Positions 14,135 through 28,299 of a stretch of DNA of 64,000 nucleotides are shown piece by piece (position 1 is the first letter of the stretch; each line of letters begins with the position of its first letter). The translations under genes were made by a program, and so were the position numbers. The notes below the pieces were generated by a model. That model had not been told where the DNA came from and did not search any database. It saw only the letters and a list, made by a program, of their open reading frames with translations. Origin of the DNA: Octopus vulgaris (lineage: Eukaryota); NCBI GenBank assembly GCA_951406725.2, contig OX597820.1:59830001-59894000 (forward strand). The letters run 5' to 3'.

Positions 14135-14518
14135 AAGGGAGCAAGTTGCAGAATCGTTAGTACTCCGGGCGAAATGCTTAGCAGTATTTCGTCTGCCGCT
14201 ACATTCTGAGTTCAAATTCGCCGAGGTCGACGTTGCCTTTCATCCTTTCGGGGTCGATTAAATAAGTACCAGTTACGCACTGGGGACGATATTATCGACT
14301 TAATCCGTTTGTCCTCTCTGTGTTTAGCCCCTTGTGGGTAGTAAAGAAATAGGTATTTCATCTGTCTTTACGTTCTGAGTTCAAATACCACCGAGGTCGA
14401 CTTTGCCTTTCATCCTTTCAGGGTCGATAAATTAAGTACCAGTTGCGTACTGGGGTAGAGCTAATCGACTGACCCCCTCCTCCAAAATTTCGGGCCTTAT
14501 ACCTAGAGTAGAAAAGAA
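14135..14518 (+). mobile_element. SINE family B, dimer-like
   Basis: Two successive ttctgagttcaaat..ccgaggtcgac..tgcctttcatcctttc..ggtcgat..taagtaccagtt blocks. Confidence 0.8.
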
Positions 14519-14542
14519 TATTTGTCTATTATCAAAATAATT

Positions 14543-14680
14543 AGGCGCTGGAGTGGCTGTGTGGTAAGTAGCTTGCTTAGAAACCACATGGTTCTGGTTT
14601 CATTCCAACTGCGTGGCACCTTGGGCAAGTGTCTTCTACTATAGCCTCGGGCCGACCAAAGCCTTGTGAGTAGATTTGGT

Positions 14681-14715
<35 letters not shown>

Positions 14716-14930
14716 TGAGTATGTTTGTGTGTCTGTGTTTGTCCCCCCAACATCGCTTGACAACCGATGCTGGTGCGTTTACGTCCCCCGTAACCTAGCG
14801 GTTCGGTAAGAGAGACCGATAAAATAAGCACTAGACTTACAAAGAATAAGTCCTGGGCTCAATTTGCTCGACTAAAGGCGGTGCTCCAGCATGGCCGCAG
14901 TCAAATGACTGAAACAAATAAAAGAATAAA
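14543..14930 (+). mobile_element. SINE family A
   Basis: Consensus match. Confidence 0.9.
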
Positions 14931-15224
14931 AAATATATATAAGGTGGCAAGCTGGCAGAAATGTTAGCACACCCGAAAAAAATACTTAACGGCATTTCGT
15001 TTGTCTTTATGTTCTGAGTTCAAATTCCGCTGAGGTCCACTTTGCTTCATCCTTTCGGTGTTGATAAAATAATTACCTGTCAAGCTCTGGGGGTCGATAT
15101 TGCTGGCGTTGTGCTAAAATTTGAAACCAATATAATTTATTTATATGAGAGCACAATGATGTAGCAGAATCGCTGTGACTAACTTGAGTTTTCATCTTTA
15201 CAGGGTCGATAAAATATGCACTAG

Positions 15225-15530
15225 GTAGTGGTTACCGCAACGGGCTCACTATTATGAGGTAGTGAGTTCGATTCTCAGACCGGGCTGTATGTTGGTTTCT
15301 TGAGCAAGACACTATATTTTGCTCCTGTTCACTCAGCTGTTGTGACGTCACTGGTACCAAGCTGTGTCGGCCTTGCTTTTCCGTTGGATAACATCGATGG
15401 CGTGAATAAGGAAGGCTGGTATGCATGGGCGACTGCTGGTCTTCCATAAACAACTTTGCCCGAATTTGTGCCTCGGGGGTGGGGGGAATTTCTAGGTACA
15501 ATCCCATGACCGAATGGTGCCTTTACTCTT
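15225..15530 (+). mobile_element. tRNA-derived SINE, family C-related subfamily
   Basis: tagtggtta...gagttcgattctcagaccggg...cttgagcaagacact. A related copy lies on the minus strand at 40350-40640. Confidence 0.7.
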
Positions 15531-16911
15531 TTGATCTAATCTATAAAAATGCGCTCCTTGTAAAGTTTTGGCGCTATGTCTATCTTATAAATCAAAATAA
15601 TTAATTATATAATTAAATTTTTTTATGAACCAAGAGAAAAGTCAGTGTGAATATACAATTGTATTGTATAATGCCGTGCATGCATATTAGTACAAACATT
15701 CAAGCATAATTTCTTCAACACTGAAATTATTGCTACATGATGAAGGTTGCGAAACGGCTGTAACCTTAAAGATGACAAGTAGTTAAATATATTCTCATAC
15801 GTCCTGACTTTTTACGATTTATGTACGACTTGAGAAATGATTTCACCGCTCGGATCGTCTAGATTTCAGCCACTTGGTCACTCTATATTACACTTCTTTG
15901 TAGAGGATTACTATGTGGACTGTTAGCCGAGTCCGTTAGAGGAGCTTTCTGCGATAGCCATACGATTCTCTGATTCCATATTTTACATACATACACACAT
16001 ACATACATACATACATACATACATACATACATACATACATACATACATACATGTATGTGTGTGTGTGTGTGTGTGTGTGAACGCACGTGGGCTGGTGGTT
16101 GGGGTGTTGCACTCACGATCGGGAGATAGTGTTTCAATTCTGGGACCTATTGCGCATCGTGTTCTTGAGCAAAACACTTCATTTCACGTTGCTCTAGCTC
16201 ACTCAGCTGCGACAGACTGGCCTCCCAGTCTAGAGAGTATGTTGACTTGGTAGCTTTGTCAGCGGGGTGGCATCATTTGAAAGCTGAAACGATGCGAATT
16301 GTGACCACCGAAGTATGACACCAGATGTGTGGTGAATACACACACACACACACACGTATTGTTATATTCGGGATGGCCTTTTGGGGTGGGGTTGGAATAA
16401 ACATTCGCGCTCTAGTGCGTGTGTTTATTTGGCAGAAAAGTAAAAAATGACCATCCCGAAATGTAATATGGTTCAACATACGATATCAAATCAGGAATCA
16501 TGCAAAACAAATACATAAACGTATATATATATATATAATTATATCATTTTGTATGTAATGTGTGTGTGTGAGTGTGAAAACCACAAATCACAGAAAAAGA
16601 TTGTATCAGACTATATATATTAATCAAAGAGCTGGGTTGCTTCTCTTCGATTAGCAAAGGCCTAACTGTTTAAAATATGTGATTAAAAAAAAAAAACGAG
16701 ATACAAAGCTAGAAAAATAGATGTAAAATATATATAACAATAGAATGGTTTGGAAAGTTTTCTGGTGATAGTCTACGTTGGAGTAAATAAGGGGGAATGA
16801 TTATATGCTGAAAAGAAATGATGATTGCAGGATAGTAGGAAAATAATGTTTAGGTATAGGGGATAAATGTATGGTAAAAACGGTGAAAGTTGTGGTTCAC
16901 TAGCGAAATAA

Positions 16912-17120
16912 TAATCCTTTCTACTATAGACACAAGGCCTGAAATTTGGGGAGAGGGATTAGATCGACCCCAGTTCGCGACTGGTACTTAATTTATCGAC
17001 CCCAAAAGGACGAAAGGCAAAGTCGACCTCGGCAGAATTAGAACTCAGAACGTAAAGACAGACGAAATACTGCTAAACATTTCGCCCGGCGTGCTAACGA
17101 TTCTGCCAGCTTGCTGCCTT
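16912..17120 (-). mobile_element. SINE family B
   Basis: Reverse consensus match. Confidence 0.8.
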
Positions 17121-18779
17121 GCTAGTGAGATGGTAATAATACTAAAACATGTACAGAGTTATTTCCCGTACTTTCTGAAAAATGCAAGATGTAATAGTCA
17201 TTGACTAATACTTTTTATTTCCTTTCTTGCAAGTGCATAATTATTTCCAATTAGCTTTTTAAATATTCCTTGCACTAAACTGTTGTATACCAGGAAGGCG
17301 ATGCCTTTGAACCATTATTCTCTTAACGATTCTATTCTCCTATGCCAACTGATGAGCAATAATGTACATTTACTTGGTGTTTCTTTCATCACTACTTCAA
17401 TAAATACATTCGAGTCTATGACACACTCTCTCTCTCTGATGAGGTCATAAAAAAATTGAGATCGAAATACGTCTGGATTTGTTACTTGCAGAGAAAGACA
17501 CCAAAAGAAAGAAAGAAAGAAAGAAAGAAGGAAAGAAAGCAAGAAAGAAAAAGAAAAAGGAGAATGTAAAATTGGTTTGTGCTTTGCTTTCGTTTTGATT
17601 CCTTCTTGTCGCGTACCGGTTTTCACTTTGGCTTAAATGTACTACGACTAATTTTAACTTTCAGTAAAGAAATAATATAATTGACGCTAACATGTTTAAT
17701 GATAATTGCTTTTCTGAGTATCTGCACCTGGAAAGTCCTTCTCCAAGTCTCAGACCTGGGCAAAATTGGGCAAGATGTTTATGTAGAGACCCAATTTTAG
17801 CCCATGCATGCAATTCTCTCTTCACGCCACCTATATTTTCCACAAGAAAGACACAGCTGGTACAGGTTGACATCATTAAAACGCAGAAACACAAAACCAT
17901 TGTAAAATATACTATTTGGCACTCTTAAACTTCCACCAGTCCACCGCTTTGGACTGGTCCTTTAATTTAATCGATCGGAAGAATAAATAGCAAAGCTGAC
18001 CTCAGCAGGACTCGAACTAAGCGCACAAAGTCGAAACACCTAACGCAAAGCTGTTCTATCCGACGCTCTAACGACTCTGCCGGTTATCCCCCTTATATTT
18101 AAATTAGAAAACCATCTGTGGAATAAAGAAAGTAATCATAAAATCACGTAGCTAAACGAAAAATTCTGGTCCAAAAAGATAGGGGAAATAACTCATGGAT
18201 TTGAATTAATTAAAACTTGAAAATAGTGAGAAGTCTGATATTTGGTAGTCACCGAGTGAATAACAAATGAATGTCAGTGAAAATGTTAGTGAATATCACT
18301 TTTCGTATTGCGTGGGGGACATTCATGCACAATAACAATAACAACAAAATCAACTTCGTGTCACAGGATTTCTTATATCAATACTGTTAGGATTTTTTAA
18401 AAGGGATTTGACTGAGTTTGTGTATGTGCTTCTGCTTTCCTGTATGTTGTAGACATAAATACACACACACGTGTGTGTGTGTGTGTGTATAGATACACAA
18501 ATATGTGTGCGTGTGTGTGTGTATACATATATATATATATAATTATATACACATACATATATATGTATGTATGTATGTATGTGCTTATGTGTGTGTATGT
18601 GTGTGTGTGTGTGTGTGTGTATGTGTGTGTGTGTTGTGCGTGTTATAGCGTATATTTGTGCGTTTGTATTAGCAAGAGTGAGAGAGCGGGAAGGGAAAAA
18701 TATTTGCTTTAAATATCTCTTACAGACTGTCAGATTGAGTAAGATAAATGGCACCTTGTTTTTGTTGACGTTGGTTATG

Positions 18780-18985
18780 ATGGTGGGTGTGATGGTGGAG
18801 GTGGTGGTGGTGGTGGTGGTGGTGGTGGTGGTGGTGGTGGTGGTGGTGTTGGTGGTGGTGGTGTTGGTGGTGGTGGTGTTGGTGGTGTTGGTGTTGGTGG
18901 TGGTGGTGTTGGTGTTGGTGGTGGTGGTGGTCGTCGTTCTGGTCGTGGTCGTGGTGATGGTGGCGGTGGTGATGGTGGTACTGTT
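18780..18985. repeat. (GGT)n / (GGTGTT)n microsatellite
   Basis: Direct reading. Confidence 0.95.
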
Positions 18986-19479
18986 GAAAGTAATGATAGT
19001 AGTGATGATGTGTTGTGTAACCCCAGGCCAACCAGGAGCAAGCCTAGTGTCAAAGATGTTTCAGTCACGACCATTCAAGACTTACATTCTCCAACGTGTT
19101 TTTTCTTCCTTAACAGTGTCATCTGAGAGGACGATTTTACTGCTGTTTCTAACACATCAATCGACAACGTAGCTTCTCTCTGATTCATCGTCATGGCGTT
19201 GTTGTTGTTGTTGAGTAATCTCCAATGTAATCCATGACTGAATAGTCCTAAAGGATGGTGGAAGTCGGCCGAACGACGACGCGGAACCCATAGATCCATT
19301 TTCTCAGTTATGCCATATTTATTTCTCCCAGCTTTCTTCAAAGTTCCGACATATAGTAACGAATCACATGGTCGTACGAAATGGACGACCTGGGTATGTT
19401 GTGCTAGCTCCGCTCTCAGATCTATTTCTATATGTACATAAATTACGATGGTGATACTAACGGAGGCGAACAAAATAAA

Positions 19480-21330
19480 CTGAAAGCACGACAGTTGTTG
19501 CCCCTAGCAGCTATCGTCAATAGAGGGCGTTCTATTGCAGTGTTTTCTGCCTTTTATGTTGCAGTTATTTGTGTATCTGTGTGTTACTTAACTTTTTTCT
19601 GAAGAGAGCGGAAGAGATAGTATTGGTAGAATGGTGTGTGGTAGTGCCGTAGAGAGTGGTATAAGTGTTCGGATGTTTGGAAGTTTTGTTGTTTTTTCTC
19701 TTCCTGTAGTAACATGGACCGTAAGGGAACGAAGCTTATTGCAGCAATAAACTGTGCTTCTCATATATCCAAGCAGTCTTTCACTTTTAATATTATTTGT
19801 CTTGTAATATAGGTGGTCTGTGGGTGTTTGCAGGATGCGCAGTACACAGCTTTATGATGTTTGTAATTTCTTTGCGGCTTGCAGAGAGATTAGAATTCCG
19901 CGTAAACTTACACTAGATGGATCTAATGTATTGTTTGTGCAGTATTGTTATTTCTGTTGGCCTAACGCGGTATTTGTGATGGCTTAAAAATATGTCTGTG
20001 CATCGTTTTAGTTTCTTTACCGTCTTTTATTTCTTGCAAATATTTTTTTCTATTCTGTGCTTGCGGTATACTCTTTTACTTGTTTCAGTCATTTGAATGC
20101 GGCCATGCTGGAGCCCCGCCTTTAGTCAAGCAAATCGAACCCAGGACTTATTCTTTGTAAGCCTAGTACTTATTATATCGGTCTCTTTTGCCAAACCGCT
20201 AAGTTGCGGGGACGTAAACACACCAGCATCGGTTGTCAAGCGATGTTGGGGGGGAGGACAAACACAGACACACAAACACAAACAGATATATACGACGGAC
20301 TTCTTTCAGTTTCCGTCTACCAAATCCACTCACAAGGCTTTGGTCGGCCCGAGGCTATAGAATAAGACACTTGCCGAAGGTGCCACGCACTGAACCCGGA
20401 ACCATGTGGTTGGTAAGCAAGCTACTTACCACACAGCCACTCCTGCGCCTATATGTTGTTGAGTGTGGTGACTGGTGATATTTTATGTATTCTGGCGTTG
20501 CTGGTAAGATGGAAGACTAGATTTTATAGGTGCTGCTTAAGCCTGTTGGTGTGGGACCCAGATTTCTAGGCGATTTATGTTGGATCGGAGTAGTTATGCA
20601 GATGTGTTTGAAGAATAGTGAGGACATGAGTATAATATCATCTGCGTACAAAGCTGTCTGTATATTTTGGAGACGTATTTGGTCGTGTAAATTGTAGGTT
20701 GAAGAGAATAGTTTAGGGGACAGATCCCTGTGGTATTCTACTGAAGAAATTTCAGGTTTTTCATATTTTGTTCCTATACATCATACAAACTTGTCAACCT
20801 GACAGATCGTTTGCGAACCAACGTTTTAAGTTAACGGTGTTTTTTTCCTTTTGATGTGCAGATGCCAGGAAATGAAATCGAAAGCTTTTGCTGATGTCCA
20901 CAGTAGTTAGTGTAGTGCGTGTATGAAAGGTTTTTTGATGTTGAAAACATATTTTCTGTGAAGGTTTATGAGTAGTGTAATCGTTGGGAGTGATCTGAAT
21001 CCGTGATATGATTTGAAAAGAGTGGTGTATAGGTTTATTGACGTCAAGAATTTGCTTTTGTAAGACATTCGAGAACGCGAACAAGTGTGTGACGGAGCTA
21101 CATCATGTTAATTCACTTCAGGTTTTGACGAACTTTAGAAGTATAATTTGGCACAAGTTCCAGATTCTGAGAATTTGGCAATGTTGGTCCGAGCAGTTGT
21201 AGAAGTTGGTGAGGGATAGAGAGAGTCTTTCAAATCTTAGATGTTTTAGGTTTATGCTTGTAACTTTGTCTAGCACTGAAGTTATTGAGGCCGCAGATTC
21301 CTCTATTGTTTTACGAATGTCTAATTAAAC
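19480..21330 (-). mobile_element. old LINE (Jockey/I-like) ORF2 relic interrupted by a SINE
   Basis: Minus-strand RT motifs in order: TVDIS/KAFD (about 20880-20900), PQGSV (20721-20733), IQTALYADDIIL (about 20630-20663). Many stops. The clade assignment is tentative. Confidence 0.7.
20071..20450 (-). mobile_element. SINE family A inserted in the LINE relic
   Basis: Reverse consensus match. Confidence 0.9.
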
Positions 21331-21334
21331 GAAG

Positions 21335-21650
21335 GTGGGGGCACATGGCCTAGTGGTTAGAGCAGTGGACTCACAGTCGAGGGATCGCGGGATCGCGGGT
21401 TCGAATCTCAGACTGGAAAATGTGCGTGTCTATTAACGAAAACACCTAAGCTCCACGCGGCTCCAGCAGAAGGTAATGGCGAACTTCTGCTGACTCTTTC
21501 GCCACAACTTTCTCTCACTCTTTCCTCCTGCATCTTGCAGCTCACCTGCAACAGACTGGCGTCCCGTCCAGGTGGGGAACCTATACGTCAAGGAAACACG
21601 GAAACCGGCCCTTATGAGCCAGGCGTGGCTCGAGAAGGAACAAACAATAA
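21335..21650 (+). mobile_element. tRNA-derived SINE, family C-related
   Basis: tggcctagtggttagagcagtggactc...gggttcgaatctc head, flanked by the direct repeat aaacgaag. Confidence 0.85.
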
Positions 21651-22034
21651 AACGAAGTATTAAAACTGTGGTCAATGTGGAAGATACATATTTTTCCGTT
21701 TCGTGTTCCTGTCTTCCTTAGTTTGAGGTTTGTAATTGTGATATGGGGTGTAGTGTGACGTTCGTTGCTGTTGTTAATGGTGATGTTGTCGCCGAGGTTG
21801 TTATTGTGGTTTTGCCGGTGTTAGTGTAGTAATGATGGTATCACTTCTGGCAGCATTGATAAAGATGAGGTGGTGGTGATGGTGGTGGTGGTGGTGGTGG
21901 TGTCAGCGGCAGTGGTTGTGGTGTTGGTGGTGGCGGTGGTAATGATAGTGATGGTGGTGGTGATGGTGATGGTGGTGGTGGTGGTGGTTTTGGTGCTGAC
22001 TTTTCCGATGGCACGCAGGTGCCAGTGGGTAGTT

Positions 22035-22350
22035 GAATGACCAAATCCAAGCTTCTCTTCTAGTTCCTCAAGAGTTACGATGTGATTTTGTTCCGCCGGG
22101 GTTTCCAGGACGTCCTCGTCGAACCCTACAGATCTTCCAGGACGAAGCTCGACTTCTAGGCTGTAGTTTCCGGGTCAGAATTTCTGGAACCACTGTTGAC
22201 ACTGGCTTATGCTTATTGTCCGATCCCCATATATTGCATTAATATTCCTTACCATTTCTGTTGCGTTGTTACCTTTTTTGAACTCATAAAGCAAAATATG
22301 CCGAATATTATTATTTTGTTATTATATGATCGAATGTCACGCATCCACTT
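22035..22350 (-). mobile_element. mariner transposase N-terminal (HTH) relic
   Basis: [27 protein letters not shown]...QWFQKF*PGNYSLEVELRPGRSV. Confidence 0.8.
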
Positions 22351-22355
22351 CCAAG

Positions 22356-22468
<113 letters not shown>

Positions 22469-22745
22469 CTATTAATATATGACGTTATATGCCAGATTGA
22501 AGCAAAGAACAGAGGACTCAATACTAAGTAAAGGAAATATATTTCAATTTGAGAAATTCATTGTAATATACCATTCTAACAACATACTTTTGTGTGGTCT
22601 TAATCCAATTTTGTCAAACGACCACACCCTCGCAAGAAAACTCGGAGTAATTATTAAATTAATAAGTATATGAACTTAGATAAGTTCTGCCAGTGTTGAC
22701 GCAGGCTGTGCCTAACTCAATATCGCCCGTTCGCCCATCTGGCAA

Positions 22746-22780
<35 letters not shown>

Positions 22781-23080
22781 TGTATGTATGTATGTATGTA
22801 TGTATGTACGTACGTATGTATGTATGTATGTATGTATGTATGTATGTATGTATGTATGTATGTATATGTGTGCGCGTGTGTATATGCGTGTGTATTCTGG
22901 GGAGTGACATTCCTACTTAGCGATAATAATTCTTTAGCTACACTACATATCAGCAAACTTGCAGATTATGTTACTTGTGATGCTAAATGTAACAGTAAAA
23001 AACATTGTTTTCTACTGACAGCTAATAGTCAACGTTAAGTGGATGACACGTCAAATAATGGATGAAAACACGCAAAGGCA

Positions 23081-23151
<71 letters not shown>

Positions 23152-23540
23152 ATGCAGACGCACACATACAAGTACGTGCAAAGGCACTTATGCACACAAA
23201 CACATCTATGTATACATAGAACCCAAATCCTAGGCACGTGAAGACTTTGCAGCAAAGTTTTAATTAAACTTAATTAAACTTAATTAATAAAGTTAGTGTT
23301 TAATCCTTCCTAGAATTAGGATTGAATGAATATGGTGATATCTAAGGTATGTTTGTTCCCAAACAAAACTTGTTTTAGTACTGTTGACACCACCGGATTG
23401 AATGGTACTTCCCAGGTGTCGAAACCATAGTGATATCCGTGGGGCAGCTAACGATGGAGGTATGTTAGAATGGCTGTTATTGTATGTGCGGAAAAGTTTT
23501 ATAACACTTTTATAAAACTATATGTTATATATATATATAT

Positions 23541-23704
23541 AGCCACTACACACATTTTTTTTCTCTCCTTGTTTTTTTCCGTGTCCCTTTCTGTAGAAGA
23601 GCGTAGGCTCGAAACGTAAGACTTTTTCTATTCCTGAGCGTTATACTAATACATCTGTTTTTGTACACCACCTGTCTTCGTCTTTTGTTTTTTTCCTAAA
23701 CTCT

Positions 23705-23709
<5 letters not shown>
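23541..23709 (+). mobile_element. short repeat family H1 carrying a hammerhead-like motif, lodged in (TA)n
   Basis: cttt-ctgtaga-a-gagc-gtag-gctc-gaaacgta at 23587-23618, with (TA)n on both sides. Several other copies occur in the window. Confidence 0.7.
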
Positions 23710-23755
<46 letters not shown>

Positions 23756-23756
23756 C

Positions 23757-24147
23757 AGGCGCAGGAGTGGCTGTGTGGTAAGTAGCTTGTTTACCAACCT
23801 CATGGTTCCGGGTTCAGTCCCACTGCGTGGCACTTTGGGCAAGTGTCTTCTACTATAGCCTCGGGCCGACCAAAGCCTTGTGAGTGGATTTGGTAGACGG
23901 AAACTGAAAGAAGCCCGTCGTATATACATATATATATACGTGTGTGTGTTTGTGTGAGTGTGTTTGTCCCCCTAGCATTGCTTGACAACCGATGCTGGTG
24001 TGTTTATGTCCCCGTTCGGCAAAAGAGACCGATAGAATAAGTACTGGGCTTACAAAAGAATAAGTCCCGGGGTCGAGTTGCTGAATTAAAGGCGGTGCTC
24101 CAGCATGGCCGCAGTCAAATGACTGAAACAAGTAAAAGAGTAAAGAG
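23757..24147 (+). mobile_element. SINE family A
   Basis: Consensus match. Confidence 0.9.
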
Positions 24148-24230
24148 TATATATATGTGTGTGTGTGTGTGTGTGTATAAAACTATAAACTATATATATT
24201 TATATATATATACACGCACATCCCTATATT

Positions 24231-24445
24231 GTCCTTTCTACTATAGACACAAGGCTTGACATTTTGGAGGAGGGGGTCTAGTCGATTTCATCGACCTTAC
24301 AACTTGTCTGATACTTATTTTATTCATACTGAAAGATAAAAGGCAAATATGACCTCGGCATAATTTAAAATCAGAATGTAAAGACTGACGAAATGCCACG
24401 GAGCATTTCGTCCGGTGTGCTAACGATTCCGCCAGCTCTCCACCA
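24231..24445 (-). mobile_element. SINE family B, degenerate
   Basis: Reverse consensus match. Confidence 0.7.
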
Positions 24446-24914
24446 TGCGCATACATATATAATCTCATCTAGTGTGATTCAGACATGCAAATATTAATAT
24501 TAATATAAATAGTGCTGCTACACAACATACCTATGGATTTTGTATAGTGCCCTAGAATCATCAGCGAGGGAAAAGGGTTTTTTTTATTATACAGGAGCTG
24601 TAGTAGTAAGTTTGATGTAGGTAGGTTTTTTCTTTTCTTTTCTTTTTTTCTTTCACATTACATTTTAAAATTCTCTCACACGGAATATATGTGCAGTAAA
24701 TAGGAAACGGGTGTAATCACTCTCATTCTTAAATATATTGTTGATTCTATACACAACTATAGCTCTATCAACTGTGTCACTTAGCATAGTTGTTTCTTAA
24801 TATATATCTCAATGTATGCTTATATTGTAGAAACATTGAATAAAAAATACATAATGTAGAGCTTATAACATAAACGCCATGCTTGATCGCTGAATCCACA
24901 AGGTTTTTTAAATT

Positions 24915-25068
24915 ATCTCTTTGTTTATTTTCTCTTTTTCCTTTCTGTTGAAGAGCGTAGACTCGAAACGTAAAAAGACTTTCTCACTTTCCCGAGCGCC
25001 AAATTAATACACCAGCTTGTTGTTCATACACCTGTCATCGTCTTTTATTTTTCTGTAAATCTCAATTA
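24915..25068 (+). mobile_element. family H1 copy (hammerhead-like motif 24941-24976)
   Basis: cttt-ctgttga-agagcgtagactc-gaaacgta-aaaag plus the shared tail cctgtcatcgtctttt. Confidence 0.65.
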
Positions 25069-25154
25069 TAATATAATATAATGCATAACTGAATTTACTG
25101 GAAAATACACGTGGAAATACAAATATTTACATTATTATGAATTCTAATATTAAT

Positions 25155-25505
25155 ATTAGTTTCAAATTTTGGCGATTTCGGGGAAGAGAGTAAGTCGATT
25201 ATATCGACACCAGTAATCAGCTGATACTTATTTTATCGACCCTGAAAGGATGAAAGGTAAAGCTGACCTCGGCGAAATTTGAACTCAGATCAAGAGATGG
25301 GGAAGGCAGCGAGCAGAACCGTTAGCACGCCGGACAAATGCTTAGCGGCATTTCGTCCCTCTTCACGTTCTGAGTTCAAATTTCGCCGAGGTTGGCTTTA
25401 CCTTTCATTCCTTCAGTTTCTATAAAATAAGTATCAGTTGAGCACTGTGGTCGCTTTTAATCAACTAACCCCATCCCCCGGGATTGCTGGCCTTGTCCCA
25501 AAATC
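25155..25505. mobile_element. two SINE family B copies, head-to-head
   Basis: Minus-strand copy at about 25155-25290 and plus-strand copy at about 25303-25505. Confidence 0.7.
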
Positions 25506-25535
25506 CTATATTTCACTGGCTGTCCATCTAACTAC

Positions 25536-25578
<43 letters not shown>

Positions 25579-25765
25579 CAGTCTCCCTCCTTTTCATTCT
25601 GTCAATCTTCTACCTACCTATTGATTTAAGTCATTTATCTCTCTTTATACCCTTTTTTTATCTCTCTATTGTCACTCTGCGCAGTCAATGTTTTTTCCTC
25701 ATACATTCCTATAGCATGACAGAAAAGTTTTGAAACAAACAGGTAAGATGACACGCAATTTCGCG

Positions 25766-25809
<44 letters not shown>

Positions 25810-26102
25810 TCAAACAGACTCCAATGAGGTAGTGTTGTTGTGTGTCAGCAAAGTTATAGTAGTAACATCAATAAATGGAGTACAGCATTTTAGATGTAGT
25901 CCTTCAGGGGGATAAACTGATAAGAAGGAAATTAACGCGAGACAGTAGACTCTTACATCCTCCAAGTTACATCCCCTATTTCTTTGACTTAGAGAGTGTA
26001 AAATATTGCTGTCTCCCATTAATTTCTTTTCTTTCGACTTTTCCCCTGAAGAAGGGCTGTGACCCAAACGCTGGATTTTCACTGTACTCTTTTTATCGAT
26101 TT

Positions 26103-26146
<44 letters not shown>

Positions 26147-26148
<2 letters not shown>

Positions 26149-26409
26149 CCATGTTGATTCGCTAGCTTTTGCACGCATATTTTTTTCTCTCCTTCTTTCT
26201 GTGTTTTTTTCTCTCCTTCTTTCTGTGTTTTTTTCTCTGTGTATCTTTCTGTTGAAGAGCGTAGGCTCGAAACGTTAAAGACTTGTTTCATTTATATTTC
26301 CTGAGCGCCATACTAATACAATTGTTTGTCTGTATTCCACCTGCCTTCGTCTTTTGTTTATTTCCGTAAACCTGCCTTCGTCTTTTGTCTATTTTCATAA
26401 AGCTTACCT
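26147..26409 (+). mobile_element. family H1 copy (hammerhead-like motif 26244-26281) between (TA)n tracts
   Basis: tcttt-ctgttga-a-gagc-gtag-gctc-gaaacgtt-aaaga. Confidence 0.7.
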
Positions 26410-26631
26410 ATATATATATATATATATATATATGAATAGTTAACTTTTAAAACGTCGTAAGGGATGGACCCTTCATGAAATTGCTGCGACTAGGATGCAT
26501 AGTTGCATACGGAGCAATGTATAGTTGCTGCAATTGAGACACATGTTGGTGATTGTTATATATACTGTAGGAAATTTTTTAATAAAAAGCTTTTGATGTG
26601 AATAAATCTCCAGTTTCCTCTTCGTTTTCAG

Positions 26632-26684
<53 letters not shown>

Positions 26685-26737
26685 CATATATATATATATA
26701 TATATAATATATATATACAATATATATATATACATAC

Positions 26738-26768
<31 letters not shown>

Positions 26769-26791
26769 CATATATATATCCACATATATAC

Positions 26792-26884
<93 letters not shown>

Positions 26885-26885
<1 letters not shown>

Positions 26886-27657
26886 TAAATGTGTAATGGT
26901 GTCTATCTGTCTGTCTGTGTGTTTGGGGTTACTCTAACTTCTCTCACACCGTCCAACCGATTTAAATTATTTTTGGCACATAGGTAGATCACATGTCCTG
27001 AAGTTCAAATAAGGCCGGAATTTTTCAAAAAATCGATAATGCTCAGTTGGAATCGATTTTATTGAGCTCATTCGGGCATTTTAATGAAAATTCCCATAAC
27101 GATGTTGTATTTCCTGCAGCTTTTGCATTTTTTGTTCGATTTTGATGAAAATCGATGAGTAAGCGAGGCTCATGGCAGTGAGGTGATGTCAGTATAAGGC
27201 GTTGACAAAAAAATCGTTAATTGCACTTGAGCAGTGGTTTTATAAAATCAATAGGCTTTTTGCGTGAATATACCCACAGGGATCTAATTTTTGGCCGTAA
27301 CTTTTATATTTTAATGTACATGGTCACATGGATTCTATTTTATGACATAACCTTAACACTTTTCTTCGGATTTTGCTGAGATTGGACGCGCTGATCAATT
27401 TTGTACAGCGGATGGCATTAGGGGGAGAGAAATAAACAAATATCACTCTCAACGGGTCGAGGTACACTCAAAAGTTTGACTGCGATTTCAGACAGTCCAG
27501 CTTGTAGGAAACCGGGTAAAATCCCTGCCGAACAAGACATAACATCTTAATGGGTAATAGTTGGCACGAGGAACGTAGAAGATTTCAATACAATGTCTGG
27601 GGCGGGCTTAAATTCAACACGGAAAATACGAGCACGCCGTGTCCAACAGCGCTAATA
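26885..27657 (+). mobile_element. probable non-autonomous Helitron
   Basis: 5' region with (ctgt)n followed by ccgtccaaccgattt...tttggcaca. The 3' end has a short GC-rich hairpin-like gcacgccgtgtc, then ctaat (CTAG-like). It has no TIRs and lies between TA tracts. Confidence 0.5.
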
Positions 27658-27700
27658 TATGTATATATATATCTATCTATATATATATATATTTGTTTTA

Positions 27701-28155
27701 TTCTTTTACTGGTTTCAGTTATTTGACTATGGCTATGCTGGAACATCGCCTTTAGTCGAACGAAACGACCTCCTAGGACATATTCTTTGTAAACCTAGTA
27801 CTTATTCTATCAGTCTTTTGTCGAACCGCTAAGTCACGAGGACGTAAACACTCTAACATCGGTTGTCAAACCATGGTAGGGGGACAAACTCACACACAAA
27901 AATATACATATATATACTTGAAATTTATAGAAAAATAAAAAGACGAAGACAGGTGTATTAGTTTGACGCTCGGCAAAGTGAAAAAATTTATAGATATATA
28001 AGGCTTCTTTCAGTTTCTGTCTACCAAATCCACTCAGAAGGCTTTGTCTGAGGCTATAGTAGAAGACACTTGACCAAGGTGCCACACAGTGGGACTGAAC
28101 CCGGAACCATGTGGTTGAGAAGCAAGCTTCTTAACCCACAGCTACTCCTGCGCCT
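27701..28155 (-). mobile_element. SINE family A with an H1 tail fragment (about 27917-27990) in its microsatellite slot
   Basis: Reverse consensus match. The insert aaaagacgaagacaggtgtattagtttgacgctcgg matches the H1 tail. Confidence 0.85.
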
Positions 28156-28167
28156 ATAAATTAGAAC

Positions 28168-28285
28168 GCTTTCAGCACTTAGGTTTCCCAAGCAGTCATC
28201 CATCTAAGTACTAACTAGGCTCGATGTTGCTTAACTTCGGTGATCGAACGAGAACCGGTGCTTTCAACGTGATATGGCTGTAAGC
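28168..28285 (-). pseudogene. 5S rRNA pseudogene (full length, 118 nt)
   Basis: Minus strand reads GCTTACAGCCATATCACGTTGAAAGCACCGGTTCTCGTTCGATCACCGAAGTTAAGCAACATCGAGCCTAGTTAGTACTTAGATGGATGACTGCTTGGGAAACCTAAGTGCTGAAAGC. It has transitions in box C and helices and no T4 terminator. Confidence 0.9.
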
Positions 28286-28299
28286 CATATATAACTTAG